Below are positions 19,934-30,422 of a DNA stretch of 64,000 bases, one piece after another. This DNA is from a virus (lineage: Duplodnaviria; Caudoviricetes): the IMG/VR virus record IMGVR_UViG_3300029288_007060, positions 32,001-96,000 of that record; one strand, written 5' to 3'. The position numbers were made by a program, and so were the translations under genes. Under the pieces are notes generated by a model that ran no database searches, was not told the origin of the DNA, and saw nothing but the letters and a program-made list of their open reading frames with translations. Numbering within the stretch: position 1 is the first letter of the stretch; every line of letters starts with the position of its first letter.

Positions 19934-20497
19934 TTAGTATCCTAACTGTTTCCATTCATTTTCAAGCAATGACATTACTATTGAATTTCCATATTTGCCA
20001 TTATGAAAAAAATTGTCTCTTAAAATACCCTCGTCTTTAAACCCCAACTTTCTATATAAATGAATTGAATCATTTCCCTCATAGACCTCGGCCCATATTT
20101 TGTGCAAATTTAACTCATTAAACCCATAATTATATAATAAAATTAGCGCGTCCTTGCCCTTGCCCTCTCCTATATCTTTTCCTAAAAACACTCCAAATTC
20201 TGCAGAACGAAGCCTCCAGTCTATATAATGTAGGCCAGTACACCCGATAAGATATCTTTCTTCGATTCTTAAATCTTCCGAAACAAAATCAAAATTTTTA
20301 CTCATAATTTGGAAATAAACATGGTCTTTGTTAGAGTTGTTGCCTCTTTCCTCGTACCACTTATCCTGCGTGTCTTTTGTGATATCTCTATATTCCCTAA
20401 ACCATTGGCGCTTTTTTGGGTCATTTCTCCACTGTCTCATTTGTTCGATATTTTTCTTATCTATTTCTTCTAAAACTACTTTATTTCCTACTAACAT
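19934..20497 (-). CDS. PseH/RimL-like GNAT N-acetyltransferase
   Basis: [35 protein letters not shown]. Confidence 0.8.
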   Translation of the reverse strand: MLVGNKVVLEEIDKKNIEQMRQWRNDPKKRQWFREYRDITKDTQDKWYEERGNNSNKDHVYFQIMSKNFDFVSEDLRIEERYLIGCTGLHYIDWRLRSAEFGVFLGKDIGEGKGKDALILLYNYGFNELNLHKIWAEVYEGNDSIHLYRKLGFKDEGILRDNFFHNGKYGNSIVMSLLENEWKQLGY

Positions 20498-20523
20498 TTA
20501 AATACTCCCTGTGCCAATATTTA

Positions 20524-20628
20524 TCATTTTATAACTAACTTTTCATCAAATAAATTATACCATATGAACTCTGCTAACGCGCTTTCATATTTTCTTATAC
20601 TACAGAAATTGATAATACCAATTGCCAT
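20524..20628 (-). pseudogene. 34-codon remnant ORF, possible C-terminal gene fragment
   Basis: MAIGIINFCSIRKYESALAEFIWYNLFDEKLVIK* fills an unusually long gap. Confidence 0.3.
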
Positions 20629-20630
20629 CA

Positions 20631-21251
20631 TTAAAGTTTTACAACCAATAGCTCTCTAGCTCCATTGGTTCTAACATCCGCTGGCAACTCAATTACCTCT
20701 GGTTCGTATCCAATCTTACGATAAACACCAACCAAATCCTGATTCCACTGTATTTGGTTGGACACCTTATAGCTTGGTTTTAGCTCTTTAGGCCCGGCGC
20801 AAACATCACCACTTCCTAATTGCTCCATATGCATTACGTATTTGTTTGCCTTATCAGCAATCTTACGAACAGCATTCTCTAATTCGTTTGGGGTTATATG
20901 AATCAACACACCACTTGTAAAAACCAGATCGGCTTTCTTGTTGAGTTGCGGCAAATTATGCAAATCAAGTTCCACCAAATCACACTCAGGCAGCTTATTA
21001 CGCGCAAATTCCACCGCGAGATGATTAACCTCAATGCCCGAAATACTAACTATCGGAAATACATCTTTAATATACTTTAGGTTGCGTCCAGATAAAAACC
21101 CAATCTCCATCACTGAGTCAAAATCATAATTTTTTAACACATCACAAAACCATAAACTACGCTTTGTTGCTGGTGGTGAAATCCAATACGCATTAATCGT
21201 ATCCATCTTAACCGTGGACCAAAATTTAGTCTGTAATTCGTTGCTAATCAT
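20631..21251 (-). CDS. SAM methyltransferase, pseudaminic-acid-associated methylase-like
   Basis: MEIGFLSGRNL, GIEVN, DLVFTSGVLIHI. Confidence 0.75.
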   Translation of the reverse strand: MISNELQTKFWSTVKMDTINAYWISPPATKRSLWFCDVLKNYDFDSVMEIGFLSGRNLKYIKDVFPIVSISGIEVNHLAVEFARNKLPECDLVELDLHNLPQLNKKADLVFTSGVLIHITPNELENAVRKIADKANKYVMHMEQLGSGDVCAGPKELKPSYKVSNQIQWNQDLVGVYRKIGYEPEVIELPADVRTNGARELLVVKL

Positions 21252-21263
21252 CCTTTGCTCCTT

Positions 21264-22055
21264 TTATACAAATACATTACTTAAACGGCTCTTGATTGGC
21301 GCCTTCAGCAAACCATCCGAAAAATCAACCACCTTAATCGAACCAAAAATAGTAGGTATTAGCTTATCAATTAGCTCCGCAGATTCTTTAAAGTATTGCA
21401 ATGTTTTGACTCGTTTTCCGTTCAATTCTACTTCAATTATCTGGTGCGCATTTTTTGGTTTTACTTTAGCTGGCCTATTGCGATACACATCATCCTTGTA
21501 GAAATGATCAAACTCATCTTTGAAACACAAATCGGCACCTATAGTATACACTTCTTTGGCACCTAAAATGGTTGCTAAATGAATCGCGCACAACATTACC
21601 GTTCCAAGGCTAAAACCCTGTGTTCCTGGAGCGCCCTGAAGCAACCCCTCTTCGCTTCCGTTATTATATCTCCTTATGTCAACACCGCCAGTATTACAAA
21701 ATGACGCACGATTAGACTTGTGTGTGTTGTATTTTCTGTCATAATACTCAATGCCCTTCCAGTTCAAAATACGCACAACATCTGTTCTGTATTCGCCACA
21801 ATTTAACCACTTATATACTTCATTGGTAGAGGTCTTACTGGTTTTTTCTGTTACCAAATGAATGTCAGCCTGTTGGTCAAACTCCTTAAATGCGTAATTA
21901 CACGCTATTATTGCATCAAAATACTTCCTTATTAATTGTTTATAAGGTATTAGCTGATTTGTGCTTGGGCCACTACCAATAATAAGCACCTTCGATCCTG
22001 GAAATTTGCCTTCTATTGCGGCAGGTGTAGGATAATTCAAATCTTCATATGACAT
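21264..22055 (-). CDS. Maf/MptE-like (DUF115) putative nonulosonate transferase
   Basis: VLIIGSGPS, IIACN, LGAKEVYTIGADL, HFY. Confidence 0.7.
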   Translation of the reverse strand: MSYEDLNYPTPAAIEGKFPGSKVLIIGSGPSTNQLIPYKQLIRKYFDAIIACNYAFKEFDQQADIHLVTEKTSKTSTNEVYKWLNCGEYRTDVVRILNWKGIEYYDRKYNTHKSNRASFCNTGGVDIRRYNNGSEEGLLQGAPGTQGFSLGTVMLCAIHLATILGAKEVYTIGADLCFKDEFDHFYKDDVYRNRPAKVKPKNAHQIIEVELNGKRVKTLQYFKESAELIDKLIPTIFGSIKVVDFSDGLLKAPIKSRLSNVFV

Positions 22056-23227
22056 TATAACTCCAAAAGTCGTTGTTGAACTCTGCTGTATGCTTGCTTA
22101 TCATCCAATATTCCATGATACTCTTCAACAAACTTGCGTTTGTTTTCTATATCGCTATTATTCATTTGCTTTAGTATCGTGTCCTCTAATAATTCTGCAT
22201 TTCTTGTGTCTATCAATTCTGCGGCCTTACTATTAACTGTGTAAAATGGATCATATTCTGATGGAGATACCTGAGTTCGAACCAATACGAGGGGTTTTCT
22301 TAAAATACACGACTCAACCTCTACAGTCGATGTTCCATGCGTTACAATGGTATCGGCAAACAAATAACGGTATATATGCCAGGCCGAACTATTTATAGTA
22401 TACACGTTGTCACTTTTAATCGCCTTCATATAATCGCTATAATAACCAGCAAGCCATTCCCATTTTGAGGAGTAACCATCAAAAAACTTAATAGAAGCAT
22501 CAATCGGCGCTTTTACTTTTAGCATTATTAACCAGTTATGCTTTCTGGCTAATCTTTCAAGCTCTATAATAGTCCAATAATAGTCTTCATTATGCTTATG
22601 GAAATCAACCGAACCATATGGGCCAAACCCGAAGAACAATATCACTTTAGATGGATTTTTGATCCTTGTCTGTGATATAATCTTATCCTTATACTTATTG
22701 GTATAATCTGAAGTTAATAAATCTAGTTGTGGCATTGCGTTTAGTAGTATTTTTTTCTCATCAAACGTTCTGTCTGCAAATTTAAGCCAGGGTTTAAACA
22801 TGTTGCCAGCGCCACAATATAAATCACAGCCACTCCATGTTGCGTTAACCCTTGGCGTCATATTAGTTTCTTGAGTTATTTTAATGGCATCTGTTCCTAT
22901 CAACCCATGTGATACATATACTCTTTTGCATTTCACAAATGATGGCATATCTGGAACGGAAGAGGCTATTATGTGTGGATTAAACCATTTGACGATATTT
23001 TCTAATTCCTTCTCCCATTGTGCGCACTGTTTTCTGTTTTTATATGGAGTGATATGTTGTATATTTGTAATTCCAAACTCAGAATATGTTCCGGCTGTAT
23101 TTACTGCCTCTTCTGGCCGTGGGGCCAAAACCATCTCTTCTAAATCCGTATGCGGAACAAAGCTCTCGAACACTCTGCTTTGTATTGGCATGCGTATTTC
23201 GTACAATATCCGTTTAGACATACACAC
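22055..23227 (-). CDS. GT-B fold CDP-glycerol transferase/sialyltransferase-like protein
   Basis: YVSHG, MPQLD, ADTIVTHGTSTVEVESCILRKP; paralog of the next gene. Confidence 0.6.
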   Translation of the reverse strand: MCMSKRILYEIRMPIQSRVFESFVPHTDLEEMVLAPRPEEAVNTAGTYSEFGITNIQHITPYKNRKQCAQWEKELENIVKWFNPHIIASSVPDMPSFVKCKRVYVSHGLIGTDAIKITQETNMTPRVNATWSGCDLYCGAGNMFKPWLKFADRTFDEKKILLNAMPQLDLLTSDYTNKYKDKIISQTRIKNPSKVILFFGFGPYGSVDFHKHNEDYYWTIIELERLARKHNWLIMLKVKAPIDASIKFFDGYSSKWEWLAGYYSDYMKAIKSDNVYTINSSAWHIYRYLFADTIVTHGTSTVEVESCILRKPLVLVRTQVSPSEYDPFYTVNSKAAELIDTRNAELLEDTILKQMNNSDIENKRKFVEEYHGILDDKQAYSRVQQRLLEL

Positions 23228-23239
23228 CTTTTGTATATG

Positions 23240-24337
23240 TTATAGACTACAGATGCCGTCTATAACACGATTGTGCATTTCCCCATCAATAGTAAGCCCC
23301 ACCCTTGACAAAAATAACGCCTGGTTGTTAAGTTTATCTTGAGGATTTAACAACGCCTGATTAATACTACACTCCATGTCGTTAATATTCTTAACCCTAA
23401 AACAAGTATCGTCTATTTTATCTGTAAAAGCAAACTCGCCCAATGCGTCCTTTTTGGTGTTAACTATAATCAATTGCTTGCCCAACGCGTATGACTCGAC
23501 CTCAATAGTAGAACATCCATTTATTACCATCAAATCACTGGCAGCATAATAATTAGACAAACCGCATGATGTCTTGATGAATCTTACAAACGGACTACTC
23601 TGCAGCTTGGCATATGGCTCAATATACTGTTTTGTCCATCCGCCCCAATGCGCCTTGTGTGTTGTAAGAAATTCATGCATTTTTTTATATACCTGTCTCG
23701 GCTTAATTAATATAAGCCAACCATTTCTACTTGCTATTCGTTCAAGCTCGATACACGTCTTAAAATAATCTTCGTTGTGGTCATTAAAATCAACCCTGTC
23801 TCTGCAACAAAAACCACCAAAGAAAATCGTTGTTTTACCCTCACACCCTACAAGACTCTTAGTATTTAAACCTCTCAATTCAAATACACTATCTAATTGC
23901 GGTATTGCGTTCGTTAATACGTTAGAGCCTGGGCTTACAGAACCAATCCAATCTTTAAAAACATTTGTTGCGCCACAATACAAATCGCAGCCTCGCCAAA
24001 GATCCATATTCCACTTATCTTTGCGCACCATATCCTTAACATGCCTGCCAACCATTCCATGAGATATATAGATGCGCTTACACTTTGGCGTTAATTTAAT
24101 TCCTCTCGTTAAGTTGCTAAAATCTGCCTGAATAAAACAATCTGGTTCAAACTTATTAATTATTTTCTGAGCCTCTCCTGAGTTTTGATAGTAACATATA
24201 TTGCGTATTTTCATCCTTCCGTAGTGATTTTGTGGGCTGTCTGGTTTTGGCCCAACAATTAGGTTGTCATTATTATTATTAAATGATTCAAAAACGCGCT
24301 GATGTGCAATTGAAGACAGCATATAAATAAATTTCAC
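23240..24337 (-). CDS. GT-B fold CDP-glycerol transferase/sialyltransferase-like protein
   Basis: YISHG, GCDLYCGA, IPQLD, HNEDY, SDLMVINGCSTIEVES shared with 22055-23227. Confidence 0.6.
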   Translation of the reverse strand: MKFIYMLSSIAHQRVFESFNNNNDNLIVGPKPDSPQNHYGRMKIRNICYYQNSGEAQKIINKFEPDCFIQADFSNLTRGIKLTPKCKRIYISHGMVGRHVKDMVRKDKWNMDLWRGCDLYCGATNVFKDWIGSVSPGSNVLTNAIPQLDSVFELRGLNTKSLVGCEGKTTIFFGGFCCRDRVDFNDHNEDYFKTCIELERIASRNGWLILIKPRQVYKKMHEFLTTHKAHWGGWTKQYIEPYAKLQSSPFVRFIKTSCGLSNYYAASDLMVINGCSTIEVESYALGKQLIIVNTKKDALGEFAFTDKIDDTCFRVKNINDMECSINQALLNPQDKLNNQALFLSRVGLTIDGEMHNRVIDGICSL

Positions 24338-25431
24338 TTTTCCATCCTTATTGAATCTGATAACAACACATTACTTTTTATTATCTCGCACACCCTCTTG
24401 CAAAAACCACCATCTACTGGTCCCATATACTTTGTAATTACGTCCGATGAATCTAGAATAGGAACATCGCCTTTTGCGAGTTCTACCAACTCTTGTATAT
24501 TATACACCGTTGGCACACTACTTTCAACATCATACTTATTGTACCCTACGTTTGTCCTTCCGGGTAAAAAATTTATCGTAGGCTTCTTTAATAGCAATGC
24601 CTCTAGTATGGTTGTGGAAACTCCACATGCCACAACTATATCGGCCAAGTACAACATTTCCTTTAGCGCAGAGCCATCGAACCTAGGCTGCTTAAGAACC
24701 ATTATACCATTCCTGTCCCTGAGCCAGTACTTTCTAAGCAAATCATCCGACCTTTTAAGCTTAACCGAGCTCTTTTTCACCTTGCTGTAATACCTATGCG
24801 AATAAGGGTGTGGCTTTATTACCACACAGGTATCTTTATCCTTAGCAATTTCCTCTAACGCCGGTATTACTTCATTTAATTCATCTGTTGCATCTATATA
24901 CTCGCCGCCATTCGTATCTGAAAACAGAAGCGGCCCAAACGCAGGAAAAAACACTACCCTCTTGCTACCATCCAGACTGTACTTTTTTCTAAGCCCCTCT
25001 TTTGATAATTTAGACAACGAAATATACTGTTCAAATCTTACATACCCTGTTATTTCACACTTTGTTCTATCTTTCCACAGATCTGCATATTTTTGTCCGG
25101 CAGCCAACACTACGTCTGGACAAAAATAATAATCTCCGTGCCTCCTTTTCATATCTTCATAGTAAAAAAAGGCATGCTTAGACGACTCTACGACGATAGG
25201 CTCTCTAGACGCCATGAAAATCTTAAGTCCTTTGTTCCTGTACTCTCTTAGCAGTTCTTGATTTTCCCAACAATCCCCAGTTAACACGAACTTGAAGTTA
25301 TCTATATTAGAACTGTGTGGACTGATAGACTCAACTAAATTAACTCCGAATTCTTTGGGATTCCACAAGGTGGTATCGCTATAGTCTGTTATGCGCGTCT
25401 TCTTATCTATGTGGAAAATGCCATTTATCAT
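24334..25431 (-). CDS. GT-B fold CDP-glycerol transferase/sialyltransferase-like protein
   Basis: ITGYVRFE, VIKPHP, ADIVVACGVSTTILEALLLKKP. Confidence 0.65.
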   Translation of the reverse strand: MINGIFHIDKKTRITDYSDTTLWNPKEFGVNLVESISPHSSNIDNFKFVLTGDCWENQELLREYRNKGLKIFMASREPIVVESSKHAFFYYEDMKRRHGDYYFCPDVVLAAGQKYADLWKDRTKCEITGYVRFEQYISLSKLSKEGLRKKYSLDGSKRVVFFPAFGPLLFSDTNGGEYIDATDELNEVIPALEEIAKDKDTCVVIKPHPYSHRYYSKVKKSSVKLKRSDDLLRKYWLRDRNGIMVLKQPRFDGSALKEMLYLADIVVACGVSTTILEALLLKKPTINFLPGRTNVGYNKYDVESSVPTVYNIQELVELAKGDVPILDSSDVITKYMGPVDGGFCKRVCEIIKSNVLLSDSIRMEK

Positions 25432-25439
25432 ACGCGCCT

Positions 25440-26189
25440 CTATACTCTGACCGGAATGTTATACTTACTCATCTCTATTTTACAATCTGTGGGTGTAATG
25501 CTCGTGAAATGGAATAAACTAGAAATCGCCACTGCATCAGCTCCCTTTTGGATGGCAGAAACACAATCATTAACGCCTGACGCGCCGCCACATAATACTA
25601 CTGGTACATTAAATCTACTCACTGCATCTATCAAGCTCAAATCAAACCCACACATCTTACCGTCTCTATCTACACTATTAATTATTATCTCTCCTGCCCC
25701 ACAAGCCTTAACGCTATCTAAATAAGGCTCCAGTTCTATACTAACACCTCTGCTATGTGAGTAGGCATAGAATTGGTTGCTGCACTTTACATCTATAGAC
25801 AACACTATACACTGGCTACCAAATACGTCCGCGGCCTCTTTTATAAACTCGCTGCCACCGAAGGCGGCGGAATTAATAACCACTCTATCTGCTCCTGCCA
25901 TCAACACATTTTCTATATCTTTGCATGACTTTATACCGCCGCCGACAGTGAGCGGCATAAAACACTCTTCGGCCATTTCACTTATTGTTGAGATATCTAT
26001 CGTTCTTCCCTCTTTTGATGCATCTATATCTAGAATCACTAGCTCGTCTACATCCCTGGAATTATACACTCTAACCAATGATATCGGATTACCCAGATTA
26101 CGTCTAACTCCAAACTCTATGGTCTTAACAACAGAGTAGTTACTATCTATCAAAATAACTGGTATAACCCTATGCTTTAACACCAGCAA
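25440..26189 (-). CDS. hisF: HisF-like cyclase subunit (WbuZ-type, sugar amidation)
   Basis: RVIPVIL, DELVILDI, PLTVGGGI, FGSQC, GAGEI, DRDG; next to a WbuX-like gene so unlikely to serve His synthesis. Confidence 0.85.
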   Translation of the reverse strand: MLVLKHRVIPVILIDSNYSVVKTIEFGVRRNLGNPISLVRVYNSRDVDELVILDIDASKEGRTIDISTISEMAEECFMPLTVGGGIKSCKDIENVLMAGADRVVINSAAFGGSEFIKEAADVFGSQCIVLSIDVKCSNQFYAYSHSRGVSIELEPYLDSVKACGAGEIIINSVDRDGKMCGFDLSLIDAVSRFNVPVVLCGGASGVNDCVSAIQKGADAVAISSLFHFTSITPTDCKIEMSKYNIPVRV

Positions 26190-26772
26190 ACTCCTTTAAT
26201 ACAGCCATTCCAGCACCTCTACTCTTCTCCGGATGAAACTGCGTGCCACATATGTGCCCCTTCTGAAATGCCGACACAAAGCTCACTCCATATTCTGTGG
26301 TTGCGTATTTACAGTCTTCGGCCAACTCAACACAGTAGCTATGAACGAAATAGAAGCATGGTTTAACTACACCCTTTAATATGCCCACTTCGCCAACACT
26401 TACATCATTCCATCCGACATGCGGTAGCCTATACTTGTCGCCACACCCGAGTCTTTTAACCGTGCCTTTAATCAGTCCTAGCCCTGAAGACAAACCACCC
26501 TCTTCTCCATTATCCATAAGTATCTGCGCGCCCAAGCAAATGCCAAGTATGGGCTTGCCTTGCAACACCTCATTGATCAAACACTCTCGAAGCCCCGTCG
26601 CGGACAACTTCTTTGATGCGCTCTTAAAAGACCCTACGCCAGGAAGTATAATACGATCAAACTCATGCAAATCATCACCTTTAGTAACAATAGAATTATC
26701 TAAACCCAAACTATTTAATGCGTTCGCCACACTAACAACATTACTCATACCCAAATCAATTATGGCAATCAT
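26170..26772 (-). CDS. hisH: HisH-like glutaminase subunit (WbuY-type)
   Basis: LPGVGSF, GICLG, PHVGWN, YFVHSY, QFHPEKS. Confidence 0.9.
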   Translation of the reverse strand: MIAIIDLGMSNVVSVANALNSLGLDNSIVTKGDDLHEFDRIILPGVGSFKSASKKLSATGLRECLINEVLQGKPILGICLGAQILMDNGEEGGLSSGLGLIKGTVKRLGCGDKYRLPHVGWNDVSVGEVGILKGVVKPCFYFVHSYCVELAEDCKYATTEYGVSFVSAFQKGHICGTQFHPEKSRGAGMAVLKEFAGVKA

Positions 26773-27905
26773 ACTGGTTTGTACTTCCTTATTACATTAC
26801 CATCACCATCTTTAACTACTTTACGATTAATAGTATCAAATAGCTTCTTATTGGTAAACTTATCTAGGTTGTTAAAGAACTCTGTTTCAGTTATGTTGAG
26901 ATACCTTAAAAAGTCTGGTATATACTTCCATGGTATCTTGCCTTCACTAGTTTTCTCATACTCAATTAGTGCCTGCTGCCTAGTTATTTTTCCGGCCCGT
27001 ATTTCTATACACAGCTGGTCTGTTGCTCTTCCATACCCATACTTAAGGAACTTCATGTAGTCGTGAAGTCCCCCGACCCACTTACAGTCTAGATTCTCTA
27101 CGTCATTATAGGCGCCCTCTACTGGGCCGCCTGGATTTTTACTCCATCCTAACCTTGATACCATATTGGCGTTTTCTACTGAGTCCCATTTAACATAATG
27201 TCCAAGAAACAGGCCTGACACTCCAACTTCCCTTATTTCAGTATCATCTGGATAGTGAAAAGTCTTTATGTCGTTCAAGTTTATACCATCGTTCTTTAGG
27301 TCAGATATCCTATATCCCAACATTTGAAACTGCTCTAGCCAGTTCTTATCTAGATAGTTGTTGTCCTTTTTAGAAGCAGGACCGCCGTATTCGAACTGCG
27401 AGTTTTCTCCCCACACCAACAATGGTATTTTATACTGTACTGCCACTCTAACCGGGGCAGTAAAGATGCCAATGTGCTCTGGCCAGCAACAATCGCCTAG
27501 CTTAAAGAATCCTATGCGCACCATCTCCTTGTAGTTCTTTATATTGGCCGCTACATGGATAATATCAAATCCCAGCTCGCGCATAAATACTAGATTCTTC
27601 CACCCCGTATCAGTTAACTCACAAGGAACGTGGTTAACTACTAAAGGATTCATCTTAAACCTATCACGCATAGTAAGTGCCTGAAAACAACTATCTTTTC
27701 CACCACTACCAGGTATAATACAGTCATACTTTGAGCCATCACCGCGATATTTGGCCAGTATAGACTCAAACTCTGCATTTCTTTGTTCCCAGTCTATTTC
27801 ATGTTTCTTGACGGCCGAAACACATGCATCGCACATGCCATTCGCATCAAATACCTGCTCCGGCCGTGTATTAGGCATTATACAACACTTACAATAGTGC
27901 ATCAT
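26769..27905 (-). CDS. N-acetyl sugar amidotransferase (WbuX/PseA/PtmG family)
   Basis: N-terminal CxxC..P.TRP..CDAC, PP-loop SGGKDS, WGEN, HDYMKFLKYGYGRA, IRAG. Confidence 0.9.
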   Translation of the reverse strand: MMHYCKCCIMPNTRPEQVFDANGMCDACVSAVKKHEIDWEQRNAEFESILAKYRGDGSKYDCIIPGSGGKDSCFQALTMRDRFKMNPLVVNHVPCELTDTGWKNLVFMRELGFDIIHVAANIKNYKEMVRIGFFKLGDCCWPEHIGIFTAPVRVAVQYKIPLLVWGENSQFEYGGPASKKDNNYLDKNWLEQFQMLGYRISDLKNDGINLNDIKTFHYPDDTEIREVGVSGLFLGHYVKWDSVENANMVSRLGWSKNPGGPVEGAYNDVENLDCKWVGGLHDYMKFLKYGYGRATDQLCIEIRAGKITRQQALIEYEKTSEGKIPWKYIPDFLRYLNITETEFFNNLDKFTNKKLFDTINRKVVKDGDGNVIRKYKPV

Positions 27906-28840
27906 TTTCTCTTTAACAATACCTGAAGCTTATATCCCAATTTGCTCTCCAGTATTTCATCTTTGTTGATTCCTAGAACTAACTTATCGTTTGTAAAGCT
28001 ACCTGTGTATGGGTCTTCGTAATTTAGATAATTGTTTATTACTGGTATTTCTGCAATAACAGTGGACAGATGCTTGATTTCCATTCCAACTAATTCGGCC
28101 AATGCTCCGATAGCCTTCTCGCCATACAAGTTAACGTGCTCAAGCCCATCAAACATATTGCACTTGCATTGCATTATTCTGGACGCTAAACTATATACGT
28201 TCGGTGTCTGTATGAAAACCACTCCACCTTCATTAAGCCTATTTAATAAGGATTTGATGAATGTCTTACCATCTTTGATATGTTCTAACACATCCCACAT
28301 AGTAATTGCATCAAAGCAACCATGCAATTCGTTTACATCATTAACCACATTAAAACACGCCGCTCGTGCTTGTTCTGCCTCTGTTTCGTTAAGCTCTATG
28401 CCAACCACATCATGCCCACGTTTGCTTGCGCACTTTAAAAACTGGCCAGAAGAGCAACCAATATCTAATACCCTTAACCCGACAGTATGTTTCTCTATTA
28501 TGTCAAGACCAGAATTATATAGGGTATCATAAAACACACTATCCTCTTCTACCACAACTGATTGCAGATTGTGATTAGACTCATAATACGCCTTTAACTC
28601 ATCATCTTTAAAAACTGGGTTAGTAAAAATAAGACTGCAACCAGGACACTTTACGTAATATCCGCCAGACTTGTATAATAAAAAATCTGCATCACTGCTA
28701 CCACAAATAGGACAGTTGCGTGATTCTGTAAACTTAGCATCAAATACCTGCTTTCCAACATCCATATACCTGATGTGATTAGCCATAGAGGCGCGCCACA
28801 TCTTGATTCGGTTTAGATGCGTTTCCTTAATTTTATTCAT
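27902..28840 (-). CDS. class I SAM methyltransferase with N-terminal Zn finger
   Basis: CPIC...CPGC, VLDIGCSSG, WDVLEH, QTPN, EH. Confidence 0.85.
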   Translation of the reverse strand: MNKIKETHLNRIKMWRASMANHIRYMDVGKQVFDAKFTESRNCPICGSSDADFLLYKSGGYYVKCPGCSLIFTNPVFKDDELKAYYESNHNLQSVVVEEDSVFYDTLYNSGLDIIEKHTVGLRVLDIGCSSGQFLKCASKRGHDVVGIELNETEAEQARAACFNVVNDVNELHGCFDAITMWDVLEHIKDGKTFIKSLLNRLNEGGVVFIQTPNVYSLASRIMQCKCNMFDGLEHVNLYGEKAIGALAELVGMEIKHLSTVIAEIPVINNYLNYEDPYTGSFTNDKLVLGINKDEILESKLGYKLQVLLKRK

Positions 28841-28846
28841 CGCTTA

Positions 28847-28976
28847 AACACCTATAATAGCCTTGTGCCATTCAAATATTTTTCTATATTGTCTTTAATA
28901 ATTTCTTTTGACATTGTCATTAAGCTTTCATCTTTTTTTCAAAAATACCTAATTGCCCAATTAACACCTATAATAG
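28847..28976. repeat. 14-bp direct repeat AACACCTATAATAG
   Basis: exact copies at 28847-28860 and 28963-28976. Confidence 0.7.
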
Positions 28977-29138
28977 TATCAAACTTATCTCTCAGTTTTT
29001 ATTTATGTTTTATTAAATCTCCGGCAGAATATCCATTTCCAATAATTAATATTTTGGAATCTGGGAATTTATTTTTAACGTCTTGCGGTGTTTTGTGTTT
29101 TAAATTATAATAATCGTCTGATGCTCTTAATATAACAT
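28939..29138 (-). pseudogene. degraded N-terminal fragment of a Maf/MptE-like gene (paralog of 21264-22055)
   Basis: YYNLKHKTPQDVKNKFPDSKILIIGNGYSAGDLIKHK*KLRDKFDTIIGVNWAIRYF* aligns by eye with YEDLNYPTPAAIEGKFPGSKVLIIGSGPSTNQLIPYKQLIRKYFDAIIACNYAFKEF; start out of frame, internal TAA. Confidence 0.8.
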
Positions 29139-30422
29139 TTATCTCCTATTGAATATTTGTATGGCGTGCTGGCCCTCGAAATACCTGTCAATATTGTGCT
29201 CTCCCACTGCATGAGCCAATACTTCTAGACTTTCGTTAGTTGCATTTATTATCTTGTCTATATGTTTTGCTTTAGTCGCCCACGTTATATAAAATTGTGA
29301 GCCTACTAATATTTTTCGTTTCAACATCTCCTGAAAAAACAAATCTTTAAGTTCTGTTCCGCCATCATAAAACCTAATATTCATTCTTGGAGCCATGCCT
29401 ATCATGGCTGCGCAGATCCCGAGATTTTTACATTTTGCATTAAAATTATCCTTCACTCTGTTTCCCTGATACCACACATGCTTGTAAATCTCGTCTTTGT
29501 TTCTTTTTAATTCTTTCAGTGTAGCTATTCCGGCAGCAAGACTAAGAGTTTCTCCACTAAATGTTGAGGAAAAAAATATATTCTCGAATTCTAACATTAG
29601 GTTCTTTTTACCCGCAATAAAGGCTAATGGCATACCTGTTCCTATTGCTTTTCCCATGGTCGTGATATCTGGAGTTACCTGAAAGTATTCTTGCGCTCCT
29701 CCGAGAGACCATCTAAAGCATGTAATCATTTCGTCAAATATAAGTATTGTGTTATATTTCGTACACAATTCTCTTACCTTTTTCAAATACCCTGCTTTAG
29801 GCTCTTCCAACGACACAGGCTCCATGATAACTGCTGCATACTTATTCGTCTTTAATTTATTTTCAATATCTTCAATGTTATTATATTCAAAAGTATCTAT
29901 AAATTCCTTCAGTACGGCAGGGACACCAAAATATCTTTCGGCCACTGAACAAAAATTATCTCCCCAGCCATGATACCCACCCTTTGCCATTAAGATGTTA
30001 TCCTTGCCCGAATAGGACCTTGCCACACGAATTGCTGCGGTAGTAGCATCTGATCCATTTTTACAAAATCTAACCATTTCAGCACATGGAACGGTGTCAC
30101 ATATCATCTGGGCCAATTCCAGCTCAAGAGTTGATGGTAAACTAAAATTAATTCCTTTCTTTAGCTGTTTTTTAATAGCCTTGTTTACTATATTTTGAGA
30201 CACGAAATTTGGTCCTAATGCGGCCACGGTATCGATAAACTTTTCTCCGTCCACAGAAGTAACAATGCACCCATCTTGTGATTCTGCAAAAATAGGAAAA
30301 TAATCTCCCATGGGCCACATTAGATAGCATTTACTCATTGTTTGGGTGGCACGAGGTATTTTTTCTAGTGCTAATTTTAAGATATCCATTGCTTTTTTGT
30401 TCATATAACAATCCCTTACCAT
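29139..30422 (-). CDS. class III PLP aminotransferase (glutamate-1-semialdehyde aminomutase-like)
   Basis: RFCKNGSDAT, GYHGW, IMEP, IFDEMIT, TTMGKAIG, SSTFSGE. Confidence 0.9.
   Translation of the reverse strand: MVRDCYMNKKAMDILKLALEKIPRATQTMSKCYLMWPMGDYFPIFAESQDGCIVTSVDGEKFIDTVAALGPNFVSQNIVNKAIKKQLKKGINFSLPSTLELELAQMICDTVPCAEMVRFCKNGSDATTAAIRVARSYSGKDNILMAKGGYHGWGDNFCSVAERYFGVPAVLKEFIDTFEYNNIEDIENKLKTNKYAAVIMEPVSLEEPKAGYLKKVRELCTKYNTILIFDEMITCFRWSLGGAQEYFQVTPDITTMGKAIGTGMPLAFIAGKKNLMLEFENIFFSSTFSGETLSLAAGIATLKELKRNKDEIYKHVWYQGNRVKDNFNAKCKNLGICAAMIGMAPRMNIRFYDGGTELKDLFFQEMLKRKILVGSQFYITWATKAKHIDKIINATNESLEVLAHAVGEHNIDRYFEGQHAIQIFNRR

Noticed and set aside
25440-26772. Histidine biosynthesis operon
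   Set aside because: Only HisH/HisF paralogs are present, coupled to a WbuX-like amidotransferase, the known sugar-amidation arrangement
29139-30422. Tetrapyrrole synthesis (hemL)
   Set aside because: The context with SpsF and PseB, and the absence of other hem genes, indicates a sugar aminotransferase
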